Below are positions 27,470-37,987 of a stretch of DNA of 44,042 nt, piece after piece; the stretch's first letter is position 1; each line of letters starts with the position of its first letter. The notes beneath the pieces were generated by a model. It saw only the letters and a program-made list of their open reading frames with translations. It had not been told where the DNA came from and did not search any database. A program made the translations under genes and the position numbers. The DNA is from Oligoflexales bacterium. GTDB lineage: Bacteria; Bdellovibrionota_B; Oligoflexia; Oligoflexales; Bog-1112. Location: NCBI GenBank assembly GCA_045105515.1, contig JBGCDR010000182.1, positions 1 to 44,042 on the forward strand, in the 5' to 3' direction.

Positions 27470-29650
27470 TTAATTTTCGTCTAGTAAGGAGACTAGGCTG
27501 CTGTAGTCATCAGTCCAAACAATAGGATCAAAATTTTTCCATTTATCCCAAGAATCTAAAGACTTAATTACAAGTTTATCCTCTATAAATTCTTTATTGT
27601 TTGTAAGTAGAGCCCAGGTTGCCCCTCTAATTGCAAGCTTTTTGAGAGAGCGACTATCTATCAAAAGTGCTTGCATGTTAAGTGTTTTAGCAGTGTGGTA
27701 AAGCAAGGGTTCTAAATTAAAATGTCGATTAGAAATGTGAAAAGCAATCACTCCACCAGTTGCTAGGTGGTTTTGATAAAGCTTAAAAGCTTCTAATGTT
27801 AGAAGATGGATGGGAATAGCATCACCTGAAAAAGCATCGATTACCATAACATCAAAATTTAAGCTTCCATTGTCTTTGAGTTCTCGCTCTAAAGATGTTC
27901 TTCCATCCCCTAAAACAACTTTTGGTGGGCTTTTCTCATGTTTTAAGAATGTGAAGTGTGTTCTCGCAAGTTTCTCAATATTTGGATCAATCTCATAAAA
28001 TATGTATTCATCAAGATCTCTGACGTATGCCCCCAAGGTTCCAGCTCCCAAACCAATGATTCCAACTTTCATAGCTTTGTCAGTAAGTTGTTTTGGATGC
28101 CTAAGAATAGCTGTTCCCACACCACTGATTTTTGAATAATAGGTGGTAGCTATTTTTCTTTTTTTCTTGCCTTGAAGCTGGGTACCATGATCTATGTGCC
28201 CGTGGATGAGCTCAAATCTATGTTTTTTTGAACGCCTCCCTTCTTCGACAACCCTTGCAACTCCATAGAAGTTTCGATATTTTGCTAATACATTTTCTGA
28301 GAATGTATTCCTAAAATCGATAAATTTAATAGAGAATAATATACCCTGTCCTAAAAATAGTAGGCCTATGAAGCCTGCGATAGGAAGATTTTCTCTTAAT
28401 GCACTGCTCTTGGAAATATTAAATCCAGAAGATCTAAGAAAACTAAGAGCAGTTAGCCCTAAACAAGCTATAAAGCTCAGTGGAAATTCCCAATATTCTG
28501 AAAAAATCATAGGAGCAATAAATGTGATAAAAAAACCGCCGGCAGCTCCTCCAAGGGAAACCATCAGATAAAACAAGGTTAATCGATCTGCTTTAGGTCT
28601 TAGTTTAAATAGTTCACCATGGCAGACCATTACTGCGGCAAACATTCCAAAAATATAGATCAGTACATTGGTGACAAGATCTCCTCTGTCATAGTTATAA
28701 TGATCTTTAAGCAATCCAAATAATGGTTGCATGATAAGCAAAAGGAGCGGAAACCATATCCAACGTAGATAAAAACGGTCACCTGCAAAAGTGATGATAA
28801 AAGTCAGAAGATATAAGCAGAGTGGAATAATCCAAAAAAATGGGATAACTGCAAGATCTTGGCACATAAAGTCTGTGGTTGACAGTAAAAGAGCCGTACC
28901 ACATGCTGAAAGTGATACCCACAGAATTAAATCGCAGACTTTGTTGTAGCTTGTCTCATCTGCCTTCTCTTCTTGTTTTATAATTGTGTCAGTGGTTTTT
29001 TCCTGATTTTTTAATTTCAAGAGCCCTAATGCAAGCAACATGCATAAACTGATAAAAATGAAAACACTGTAAAATACAGACCAAAGTACAGTCTGTGACT
29101 GTAAATAAAGATTGGGCTCTACTGCAAAAGGGTAAATGAGTAGTCCGAGTAGTGAGCCTAAATTTGATAAAGAATAAAACACGTAAGGGGATTTGTTAGG
29201 TTTCCATATAGCTAGCCAATGCTGGTACAAAGGACCTGTAGCAGATAAAATTGCATAAGGCACTCCAACTGTGAATAATAACAGGAACAAGACATCTGCA
29301 GCAGGAGAAGAAGAAACATCTGGCTTCAGGCTTCCATCGGGGGTAATCGGCAGCCAAAAGGCAGATAAAATCAATAAGCATGCATGCACCCATATTTGTT
29401 TGTCTATTTTAAAAAATTTTGAAACGCCAAAGGCATAGGCGTAACCACCCAAGAGCCCTACCTGGAAGAACAGCATACTAGCACTCCAAACTGAGCGGCT
29501 TCCTCCGAACCATGGAAGGATATAACGAGCAATCAGAGGTTGGACTAGAAATACTAAAAATGCACCGAGAAATATATTCAGGGCGAAAGTAGCGTAAATA
29601 AAGAATGGTTTTTTGATTTTTTCAAGAATGTATAATTTGAGATTTTCCAA
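27470..29650 (-). CDS. Fused multi-TM / spermidine-synthase-like SAM-dependent protein
   Basis: FLVQPLIARYILPWFGGS, many TM helices, then IGLGAGT, YEIDP, GDGR, DAFSGDAIPIHLLT. TTG at 29650 follows a GAGGTG RBS. Confidence 0.9.
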   Translation of the reverse strand: MENLKLYILEKIKKPFFIYATFALNIFLGAFLVFLVQPLIARYILPWFGGSRSVWSASMLFFQVGLLGGYAYAFGVSKFFKIDKQIWVHACLLILSAFWLPITPDGSLKPDVSSSPAADVLFLLLFTVGVPYAILSATGPLYQHWLAIWKPNKSPYVFYSLSNLGSLLGLLIYPFAVEPNLYLQSQTVLWSVFYSVFIFISLCMLLALGLLKLKNQEKTTDTIIKQEEKADETSYNKVCDLILWVSLSACGTALLLSTTDFMCQDLAVIPFFWIIPLCLYLLTFIITFAGDRFYLRWIWFPLLLLIMQPLFGLLKDHYNYDRGDLVTNVLIYIFGMFAAVMVCHGELFKLRPKADRLTLFYLMVSLGGAAGGFFITFIAPMIFSEYWEFPLSFIACLGLTALSFLRSSGFNISKSSALRENLPIAGFIGLLFLGQGILFSIKFIDFRNTFSENVLAKYRNFYGVARVVEEGRRSKKHRFELIHGHIDHGTQLQGKKKRKIATTYYSKISGVGTAILRHPKQLTDKAMKVGIIGLGAGTLGAYVRDLDEYIFYEIDPNIEKLARTHFTFLKHEKSPPKVVLGDGRTSLERELKDNGSLNFDVMVIDAFSGDAIPIHLLTLEAFKLYQNHLATGGVIAFHISNRHFNLEPLLYHTAKTLNMQALLIDSRSLKKLAIRGATWALLTNNKEFIEDKLVIKSLDSWDKWKNFDPIVWTDDYSSLVSLLDEN

Positions 29651-29680
29651 AACAATTTCACCTCGGTTGATACCCCTTTC

Positions 29681-29707
29681 TATTCGGTGACCTTGGTCTT
29701 TAGTTGA
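29681..29707 (-). promoter_or_regulatory. Sigma28-like promoter
   Basis: TCAA-N15-ACCGAATA, 31 bp upstream of TTG 29650. Confidence 0.55.
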
Positions 29708-29945
29708 TTGTTTTTTGCCTTTTAGTAGATCATCTAAGAACAAGCTATATTTGAAAATCAAATTAAATGATTAATCAAGGATTCAACTGCCTGAAATTTT
29801 GGATAGAATTAATTTCCACTTTCTAATTATACGAAATCTTGTTAGATCTCTACGGCTCTTTAATAAAGAATTTAATAAATCATTTCTTCTCAATATTCAT
29901 TTGTTTCTTGAGTTTGTTTAGAAAGATAAATAATTTTAGGAGACT

Positions 29946-31469
29946 ATGGTCTTGAGATTCCGAATTTATTTGAACATTAATCCTTTTATATTAGTATTTT
30001 TGTTATTGATAAGCTCTTGTATAGCAGTGCATACCAGCTACGCTACTTCTCTTGAGGAAGATTTAACTATTTCTGCAAGAGTCTCTGATCCCTTTCTCAA
30101 ATCTGATACAGGGGATAAATGGGAGGATGGCTCCGAATCCTCTCGAGAATTTTTGGTCGATAATTCTGACTACATTAGAAGGGATCAGTATGTGAACCAG
30201 GCCAGCAAATTTGCTAGTTGCTGTTATGGTCTAGGTGTAGCGTGTATTTCTGCTTGTATGATTCAGGAAAATCCATTGTACCAAATAGGGACAGCCCTAG
30301 CGGGAGGAACTTTCATCTCAGTAGGGAGCTTAATTAAACATCGTGCCGACAAAGCTGCTGAGGTATTTAATGGTATTAATGGGACCCTTAATAAAGGCTC
30401 TGAACTTTCAGTTGAGAGCCGGTCGTGGAAGGATGGGACTTATGATAAAGTTGACCGGTATCCAATTACCCCGCTTGGGATTTCGTGGGATCAAGCTCTT
30501 CAGTCAACTAATCTCGAAGCAAACTACTCTGTCCAGTTTATGAAATTTATTGCATATCGATTTGCACATTCTATTGCTGCTAAAGAACCAACTGAGCAGG
30601 AAATCATAAAATATGCTCTAAATAGTACTATTCTTACCTTGTTGAACGTGGATACAGTAGGAGATCATATACAAGTTCAACTCGATATTAAAGATTTAAG
30701 TTCCCCATTTTTTAAGGACGGGCGAAAGACAGATTTATTTGTCAATTTTGAAATTCCTGAGGGTGATTATGATCTGCATAACTCAAAAATTGTGGCTTTT
30801 GAATTTGATGGAATTGATATTAGTAAACGCTCAGAACAACTTTTAGTTCTAAGTACAGTTACAGCTCTTTATATTCACCCACTGCTTCACTCTTTTGCTA
30901 ATAATTTGTACATAGATTACCGGAAGATGTCCTTAATTGATCGCGAAAAATGGAATGATATCTTCTTACATGGACAGTATTTAAATAGCGTTGCTCATAC
31001 TTATCCGGCTGATCATGTGGGTATTGATCGAGATATTGCTTTCAAAATTTACACAGACAATGTTAGTAAGGATTTGCACGCTCATGGCAAGGCAGTCATG
31101 GTGCTTTCATCATACTCTCGGTTCTCTCGATTTCTTCTGAAAATCAGAAAGACAATTTACGGTTTAGTAAAAAAACATGAGGTGCCAGTTAACCCTGAAG
31201 TGTTTTTTTTAACATCTGTGATGCACTCTTTAGATCATCTAACCACCGGAAAAACACTGCTTTATCGTAACCTACAGACTGAAAAATTGTCTCCCCAGGC
31301 TCACCCTTATCTACAAAACTACATGTGGTATTTGCCTTCAGAAAATGTTTTTACTAATTTACTAAAAGATAAAAGAGATAAAAATTATTTTTACCGGGAG
31401 CTGTATGATGCTGCAAAAAGTTTCGATGAGGAGTATGCAGATCACCTGACTCTATCGATTTCTTACTAG
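29946..31469 (+). CDS. Exported hypothetical protein, candidate lipoxygenase-like His-ligated metalloenzyme
   Basis: AGGAG RBS, signal-like N-terminus, motifs HPLLH and HSLDH, C-terminal LSISY. Confidence 0.6.
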   Translation: MVLRFRIYLNINPFILVFLLLISSCIAVHTSYATSLEEDLTISARVSDPFLKSDTGDKWEDGSESSREFLVDNSDYIRRDQYVNQASKFASCCYGLGVACISACMIQENPLYQIGTALAGGTFISVGSLIKHRADKAAEVFNGINGTLNKGSELSVESRSWKDGTYDKVDRYPITPLGISWDQALQSTNLEANYSVQFMKFIAYRFAHSIAAKEPTEQEIIKYALNSTILTLLNVDTVGDHIQVQLDIKDLSSPFFKDGRKTDLFVNFEIPEGDYDLHNSKIVAFEFDGIDISKRSEQLLVLSTVTALYIHPLLHSFANNLYIDYRKMSLIDREKWNDIFLHGQYLNSVAHTYPADHVGIDRDIAFKIYTDNVSKDLHAHGKAVMVLSSYSRFSRFLLKIRKTIYGLVKKHEVPVNPEVFFLTSVMHSLDHLTTGKTLLYRNLQTEKLSPQAHPYLQNYMWYLPSENVFTNLLKDKRDKNYFYRELYDAAKSFDEEYADHLTLSISY

Positions 31470-31474
31470 AGCTT

Positions 31475-32926
31475 TTAAAAGACTACCGACTCGGTGCTGC
31501 ACTCAGGTAATAGGCTTGGTTTATTCATAAGCCAGGAGTCTACTTTAGCAGCTGTATCACGTCCCTCCCCAATTGCCCAGACGATGAGACTTTGGCCACG
31601 CCGACAATCACCTGCAGCAAAAACTCCTGGTATGTTGGTCATCTTTATTTGGTTTGTTGAGAATTGACCGTTCGCTTCCAGTTTTAGATTTTTATTTGCC
31701 AATAAGCTACAAAGGTCAGGTTTAATGTATCCCAAAGCGAGAAATATTAAGTCGCAGTCGAATTTTTTTTGACTACCTTCAACTTCCTTAAATTCTCTCC
31801 CTTTAGCGGACCATTCAACATTCATAGCTTCCAGGCCAATACAATGATTTCTCTTATTTAATATGATCGATTTGGTCATTGTGTTGTAGAGTGTCGTTCC
31901 TCCTTTGGAAAAATTTTCTTCCATCGAGCTTGAGACTTTGTAAGTTTGTCTGTACTGAGGCCATGGATTTGCTTCGCTACGTTCTATAGGTGGCTTTGGC
32001 TTTAGTTCAAAATTAGTTACCGATTTAGCACCTAATCTCAGGGCAGTACCGATACAGTCTGATCCAGTATCTCCTCCTCCTATCACTACAATATCTTTAT
32101 TTTTAACCTCAATTTGTTTGTTTATAGATGAGTGCTGACGACTTAAAAAATCCATCGCAAAATATACACCCAAGCCATGCCGACCTTCCACATTTAAATC
32201 ACGGGGAATTTCTGATCCTATCGCTAGAACAACAGCATCTGATGACTCTTGTATCTCAGAAAAGGTTTTATCTTTACCAATTTCACAGGCTAGATGAAAA
32301 TTTATGCCTTCCTCTGAAAGCAATCTGAGCCGTCGATCAACAATATCTTTAGGCAGCTTATATTCTGGAATCCCAAAACGAAGTAAGCCTCCGGCTTCTG
32401 TTGATTTTTCGTATATATCTACCTGATGTCCAGCTCGATTTAGTTGTTGAGCACAGGCAAGCCCAGCAGGCCCAGAACCAATGATTGCCACTGATTTTCC
32501 AGTTCTTTGACTAGGAACTTGCGGATGAATCCACCCGTTTGCAAAGCCAGCATTAACAATTTCCCACTCAAGGTGCTTGATGGTTACAGCATCATCTATT
32601 AGGCCTAAAACGCAAGAGCTTTCACAAGGAGCTGGACAAACAAGACCAGTGAACTCGGGGAAATTGTTGGTAGCATGAAGCAATTTTAAGGCTTCAAACC
32701 ACTGTTCTTTTTGCACCTTAAGGTTGAATTGGGGAATGGGGTTACCAATTGGGCACGCACTGCTGCAAAATGGAATGCCACAGCCCATGCAGCGGTTAGC
32801 TTGAGTTCTGGTTCTTGTAACACCAAAATCCGTTTCATGGGTCTTAAAATCTTTGACCCGCTCTAAGGGAGGCCTTAAGCTTGGTAATTCACGATTATAC
32901 AGCATGAATCCTTTATGATTATCCAT
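31475..32926 (-). CDS. gltD: Glutamate synthase small subunit
   Basis: [62 protein letters not shown]. Overlaps the gltB end. Confidence 0.97.
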   Translation of the reverse strand: MDNHKGFMLYNRELPSLRPPLERVKDFKTHETDFGVTRTRTQANRCMGCGIPFCSSACPIGNPIPQFNLKVQKEQWFEALKLLHATNNFPEFTGLVCPAPCESSCVLGLIDDAVTIKHLEWEIVNAGFANGWIHPQVPSQRTGKSVAIIGSGPAGLACAQQLNRAGHQVDIYEKSTEAGGLLRFGIPEYKLPKDIVDRRLRLLSEEGINFHLACEIGKDKTFSEIQESSDAVVLAIGSEIPRDLNVEGRHGLGVYFAMDFLSRQHSSINKQIEVKNKDIVVIGGGDTGSDCIGTALRLGAKSVTNFELKPKPPIERSEANPWPQYRQTYKVSSSMEENFSKGGTTLYNTMTKSIILNKRNHCIGLEAMNVEWSAKGREFKEVEGSQKKFDCDLIFLALGYIKPDLCSLLANKNLKLEANGQFSTNQIKMTNIPGVFAAGDCRRGQSLIVWAIGEGRDTAAKVDSWLMNKPSLLPECSTESVVF

Positions 32927-35900
32927 GGTATGCACTCCTCGCGTTTGTTTCAGCAGAAGATCTTAGGTAACGTTTATATTCTCGTGGTATAACTTTGATG
33001 AACTGTAAACTAATTTCATCCCAATTTTCAATTATTTCCTTAGCAGTTTTTGACTGAGTATAATGATAGTGGTTGTTAATCAACTTGAGAAGCTCGGGGT
33101 AATCGGTTTCATCGATTTGTTCGAGGTCTACCATGCCAATATTACATCTGCGTGAAAAGAAGCCCTCTTCATCAAAAACATAGGCGATTCCCCCACTCAT
33201 GCCTGCAGCAAAATTTCTTCCAGTATGACCCAAAACTACAACTTTGCCACCCGTCATGTACTCACAAGCATGATCACCAGCACCTTCTACGACTGCAATG
33301 CAACCCGAGTTTCTCACTGCAAACCGTTCCCCCACTCGCCCTGAAATATAGACCTGTCCTCCTGTTGCGCCGTATAGCAGAGCATTACCAGCAATCCAAT
33401 TATCCTTTGGAAAAAAGCTAGAGTCTTGACCAGGTCTAATGGTAATCAAGCCACCACTCATACCTTTACCAAGGTAGTCATTGGCTTCTCCTTCCAGCTT
33501 TATATAGATTCCAGGTGCTAAAAAAGCACCGAGGCTTTGGCCCGAGCTGCCTGTTAGCTTAATTTGGATACTTTTTTCGGGAAGGCCTTTTTGCCCGTAT
33601 TTTTTACTAAGCCAACCGCTCAGCATGGTACCAACTGATCGGTGCTGGGTAGAGATGGGCTGGTCGATTTTTACAGTTTCATCCGCTGAAAGCTGCTGGC
33701 TAACTTTTTCAATGAGAGATTTGTCTAATACGTGGTTAATTCCATGCTCTTGTGGGTTAGTTTTTCGGCGAGTATCACTTGGTCTAGGTTCAGGCTGATA
33801 AAAAATTTTGTCCCAGTTGAGGAGGTGAGAACGTGAATTGATATTATCGGTGCTTGATTTGAGTATTTGTGACTTACCAATAATTTCATCTAGCTTGGAG
33901 TATCCTAATGAAGCAAGTATTTCTCGCACCTCTTCTGCAATGAAATTCATCAAATTCATGATGTGCTCAGGTTTACCATCAAAGTTTTTGCGCAGTTCTG
34001 TATTTTGAGTTGCAATTCCTACTGGGCAAGTATCAAGGTGACATTTTCGCATCAAGATGCAGCCTTGTGCTATCAAAGGTAAGGTGGCAAAGCCAAATTC
34101 TTCGGCTCCGAGAAGAGCAGCTATCACGACATCCCTTCCGGTCTTCATTTGCCCATCAGCTTGCAGCTTTACTCTACCACGTAGTCCGTTTAATAATAGA
34201 GTTTGTTGAGTTTCAGCTAAACCTAATTCCCAAGGCATACCTGCATGTTTTGTTGAGCTAATGGGAGATGCTCCTGTACCTCCGTCATGACCTGCGATGA
34301 TGATGGTGTCTGCATGTGCTTTTGCTACCCCAGCAGCGATAGTTCCAACCCCCCATTCGGAAACTAATTTTACTGAAATATCGGCTCCAGGATTGACATT
34401 TTTTAAGTCGAAGATGAGTTGGGCGAGGTCTTCAATGGAGTAAATATCGTGGTGGGGGGGAGGAGATATTAGGGAAACTCCTGGGATCGAATGGCGAAGT
34501 TTTGCTATGTATGCATTTACTTTATGACCGGGGAGCTGTCCTCCTTCACCTGGCTTGGCACCTTGAGCAATCTTTATCTGCAATTCGCTAGCATTGACTA
34601 GGTAATTGGTAGTCACTCCAAATCTACCAGATGCGATTTGTTTGATAGCTGATCTTTTAAGCCTTCCATGCTCATCAGTTTTAAATCGAATGGGATCTTC
34701 TCCCCCTTCTCCACTGTTTGACTTGCCTTTTAAGGCATTCATCGCAATTGCAAGGTTTTCATGTGCTTCTGGTGATAATGCTCCTAGACTCATAGCACCA
34801 GTTACAAAACGCTGAACTATTTCATAGGCTGGCTCAACTTGGGAAATAGCTATTGGGGCTCGGTCAGAACTTGTTTCTAGATGACTTCTTAAGACGGACT
34901 TGCTACCCCTTTGTAGGTTTTTACTATAAATCTTAAATTTTTCGATAGAACCTTCTCTTACAGCTTGTTGCAAGAGCGCAATGGAACTGGGGGTATTTAA
35001 ATGTTTTTCCCCATGGGGAGTCCATTTTATATCTCCTCCCCAAGGAAGACTGGGGCTGCCATGGATGGTATTGGCAAAACTAAGTTGGTGATGGTAAATA
35101 GAATCATTCTGGATTTCTTTTAAGCCAATTCCTCCGAGGATAGAAATGCTATTGTTGAAATGACGTTTAGCCAGGTCTTCGGAAAGCCCTATCAGTTCAA
35201 AGATTTGCCCGCTATGATAAGAACGAATTGTAGAAACACCCATTTTTGACATGATTTTATACAAACCTTTGTCGAGGGCTTTGTGGTAGTTGCGGTCGTA
35301 GAAGGCAGTGGGGTCCTCATAGTCTACTTCATTGCCATCTCGAGCCGGCAAAATTTCTCGAGATCTTAGGTCTCTAATGCATTCAAATGCCAGGTAGGGG
35401 TTAATCGCATTTGCTCCGTACGCTATACATACAGCCATATGGTGTACTAAGCGAGCTTGACCCGTTTCCAATATGATTCCTATACCACCTCTCTTTCCCT
35501 TATTGATTAGGTGAAAATGAATACTTGCTGTTGCCAATACTGCTGGTATTGCAACTTGCCGTTCATCAATTCCACGATCAGAGAGAATAAGAGTGTTGTA
35601 GCCGAGGTGTATTTTGTCTTCTGCTTTCTTGCAAATTTGCGATAGTGCAGTTTCTAGTGCATTGGCTCCCAGACTTTTATCGAAGATAATGGGAATGATG
35701 CTCCCTCTAATACAGATATTCTTGGTTTGGGCAAGCTTTTCGAGATCGAAATTGTTGATTATCGGGCTTGTCAGACGTATTTGCCGACAAAATTCTCTAC
35801 CCTCCTCAAAGGCATTCCATTTGGTACCGAAATAGGAGTTCATTCCCATTACTATTTCTTCGCGAATGGGGTCAATTGCTGGGTTGGTGACTTGGGCAAA

Positions 35901-37469
35901 TCTTTGCCGGAAATAGTCGAACAAGAGCTTAGGTTTTTCAGATAAAATTGCTAGTGGACTGTCATTGCCCATAGATCCAACAGCTTCTTGACCGTCAGTA
36001 AACATGGGGACCAGCTGCTCCATCAGCTCTTCCTCGGAATAAGCAAATGCTTTTTGGTAGATGTGGAGTTTGTGGGTAAGAGATTTTGGAGGCTTGATAG
36101 GTTCTGGCAATTGCTCTAGATCAACTAAATTTTGGTGAAGCCAAGAGTCATAAGGCCTCTTTCCAAGAAAGGTTTTCTTGGCTTCATCATCATCCATAAA
36201 GACACCTTTTTTCATGTCTACATAGATCATCTTTCCTGGCCATAATCGACCTTTAAATAGGGTTTCATGGTCTTTCAGCGCTAACATGCCTGCCTCTGAG
36301 CCAAAAATAATACGGTTATCTGTAGTCAGGCAAAAACGAGCTGGCCTTAAACCATTACGGTCTAAGGTAGCTACAAGTTGATCATTGTGAAATCCAGCAA
36401 TAGTAGCAGGCCCATCCCAGGGCTCCATTAAGTTCGAATGGTAGAGAAAGAAATACTTGCGCTTTTCATCCATGTGTGCCCGGCTTCGCCAAGCTTCCGG
36501 AACCATCATGGCTAAGGTGTGCGGTAGGCTGCGTTCAGTATGGCAGAAAAACTCTACGGCATTATCGAAGCTTGCAGAGTCAGATAAACCAGGTGCAATG
36601 ATGGGTTTGAGGTCCTCTATTTCATTTTCTTCGAGTTTTGGGTGATTTAAATGGTTTTCTCGAATCCGCATCATGTTGGTATTAGCTTGGATTGTGTTGA
36701 ATTCGCCGTTATGAGCACAGATGCGATAAGGATGAGCAAGTTTCCATGAAGGAAAAGTATTCGTAGAAAAACGCTGATGTACAATTGCTACAGCGGACTC
36801 GACTAAAGGATTATCTAAGTCCTTAAAGTAGGTGTGAAGTTGATCAGCTAGGAACATGCCTTTGTAAACAATTACTTCATCAGATAGGCTACACACGTAA
36901 AACTGATCAAGGTCATCACGTCTGCACTCAAGTACCAGCTTTTCAATTTTTTTACGAGCCCGGAATAATATAAAGCCAAAATTATCAACGCTTTCACCAG
37001 CTTGCTCTAGAAAAACTTGGAAGATTTCTGGCTCGCAAGCTTTCGCTCCTTGGCCAAGAATTGAAGGCTCTGTAGGAACCTTCCTCCAACCGAGTACCTT
37101 TAGATCGAATGATCGCAAAACATCTTCGACGATTTTTTTGTAGAAATTATTTGCATTTGGTGATTTAGGAACGAAGACATTGCCACATGCATATTTTCCT
37201 AATGCTGGCAAGCTAAACTCTAGCTCCTTGCGAAAGAAAGAATCAGGGATCTGCATAAGGATTCCTGCTCCATCTCCCGTCTGAGGATCAGCTCCTGCTG
37301 CTCCTCGATGAGTAAGGTTTTTTAGCATAGTGAGGCCATCACTGATGATTTTGTGCGACCTATGGCCTTTTATGTTTGCAATAAATGCCAGTCCACAGGA
37401 TTCGTGCTCCTTACTGGGGTGGTATAGACCTTGGGGCTCAGGAAAAGCAGAACGACTGTATAGACTCAT
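32919..37469 (-). CDS. gltB: Glutamate synthase large subunit
   Basis: EHESCG, HQRFSTNTFPSW, EPWDGPA, FAQVTNP, GAMSLG, QGAKPGEGGQLPG, CHLDTCPVGIATQ, GXGXG domain. Confidence 0.98.
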   Translation of the reverse strand: MSLYSRSAFPEPQGLYHPSKEHESCGLAFIANIKGHRSHKIISDGLTMLKNLTHRGAAGADPQTGDGAGILMQIPDSFFRKELEFSLPALGKYACGNVFVPKSPNANNFYKKIVEDVLRSFDLKVLGWRKVPTEPSILGQGAKACEPEIFQVFLEQAGESVDNFGFILFRARKKIEKLVLECRRDDLDQFYVCSLSDEVIVYKGMFLADQLHTYFKDLDNPLVESAVAIVHQRFSTNTFPSWKLAHPYRICAHNGEFNTIQANTNMMRIRENHLNHPKLEENEIEDLKPIIAPGLSDSASFDNAVEFFCHTERSLPHTLAMMVPEAWRSRAHMDEKRKYFFLYHSNLMEPWDGPATIAGFHNDQLVATLDRNGLRPARFCLTTDNRIIFGSEAGMLALKDHETLFKGRLWPGKMIYVDMKKGVFMDDDEAKKTFLGKRPYDSWLHQNLVDLEQLPEPIKPPKSLTHKLHIYQKAFAYSEEELMEQLVPMFTDGQEAVGSMGNDSPLAILSEKPKLLFDYFRQRFAQVTNPAIDPIREEIVMGMNSYFGTKWNAFEEGREFCRQIRLTSPIINNFDLEKLAQTKNICIRGSIIPIIFDKSLGANALETALSQICKKAEDKIHLGYNTLILSDRGIDERQVAIPAVLATASIHFHLINKGKRGGIGIILETGQARLVHHMAVCIAYGANAINPYLAFECIRDLRSREILPARDGNEVDYEDPTAFYDRNYHKALDKGLYKIMSKMGVSTIRSYHSGQIFELIGLSEDLAKRHFNNSISILGGIGLKEIQNDSIYHHQLSFANTIHGSPSLPWGGDIKWTPHGEKHLNTPSSIALLQQAVREGSIEKFKIYSKNLQRGSKSVLRSHLETSSDRAPIAISQVEPAYEIVQRFVTGAMSLGALSPEAHENLAIAMNALKGKSNSGEGGEDPIRFKTDEHGRLKRSAIKQIASGRFGVTTNYLVNASELQIKIAQGAKPGEGGQLPGHKVNAYIAKLRHSIPGVSLISPPPHHDIYSIEDLAQLIFDLKNVNPGADISVKLVSEWGVGTIAAGVAKAHADTIIIAGHDGGTGASPISSTKHAGMPWELGLAETQQTLLLNGLRGRVKLQADGQMKTGRDVVIAALLGAEEFGFATLPLIAQGCILMRKCHLDTCPVGIATQNTELRKNFDGKPEHIMNLMNFIAEEVREILASLGYSKLDEIIGKSQILKSSTDNINSRSHLLNWDKIFYQPEPRPSDTRRKTNPQEHGINHVLDKSLIEKVSQQLSADETVKIDQPISTQHRSVGTMLSGWLSKKYGQKGLPEKSIQIKLTGSSGQSLGAFLAPGIYIKLEGEANDYLGKGMSGGLITIRPGQDSSFFPKDNWIAGNALLYGATGGQVYISGRVGERFAVRNSGCIAVVEGAGDHACEYMTGGKVVVLGHTGRNFAAGMSGGIAYVFDEEGFFSRRCNIGMVDLEQIDETDYPELLKLINNHYHYTQSKTAKEIIENWDEISLQFIKVIPREYKRYLRSSAETNARSAYHG

Positions 37470-37611
37470 GGAATCATCTCCCTCCTTTACGGAGTTGGTG
37501 TCTTCTTGTCAGGTGGAACAGTATGGATCGTACAACTGTGAGTTTCTAAGTGCTAATTAATAATAAAAAAAACCTCTGCAAAAAAGTGATAAATCCGCTT
37601 GACTAAAAAAC

Positions 37612-37630
37612 GATAATGATAATTGATATC
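37612..37630. promoter_or_regulatory. Fur-box-like site upstream of gltB
   Basis: GATAATGATAATTGATATC matches 16/19 positions of GATAATGATAATCATTATC. Confidence 0.55.
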
Positions 37631-37987
37631 ATAATGTGATGGCTGTTGGAATCAGGATTAAAAATTTAATCCTACTACAAGGACTAAAACAATCTAAATT
37701 CAGACGCTGCGTATTAGCTGAGTTATTCGTGATATAGCTTGTTTTATCCGGTCAAAAAATGCTTTTATCACTCTTTTATTTGACTAATCCTGACAATAAA
37801 TATGGCAAGCATAATTATGCTCTTAGTAAATTTTCATGTTATTTCTTGTAACATATAAAAAGAATTTATTGTAAATGAATATTCGGATTGTTTTAGTATG
37901 CCGTGTTGTTTAAGGGCTTGAATCAGCTATTTTAGTAGCATATAACTGCCCTTAGATTTTTTAATTTATAGTTGCAGGAACTCCGCT

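Noticed and set aside
32128..37560. Numerous short antisense ORFs within gltB/gltD and other long genes
   Set aside because: Shadow frames of well-supported genes, with no motifs or RBS.
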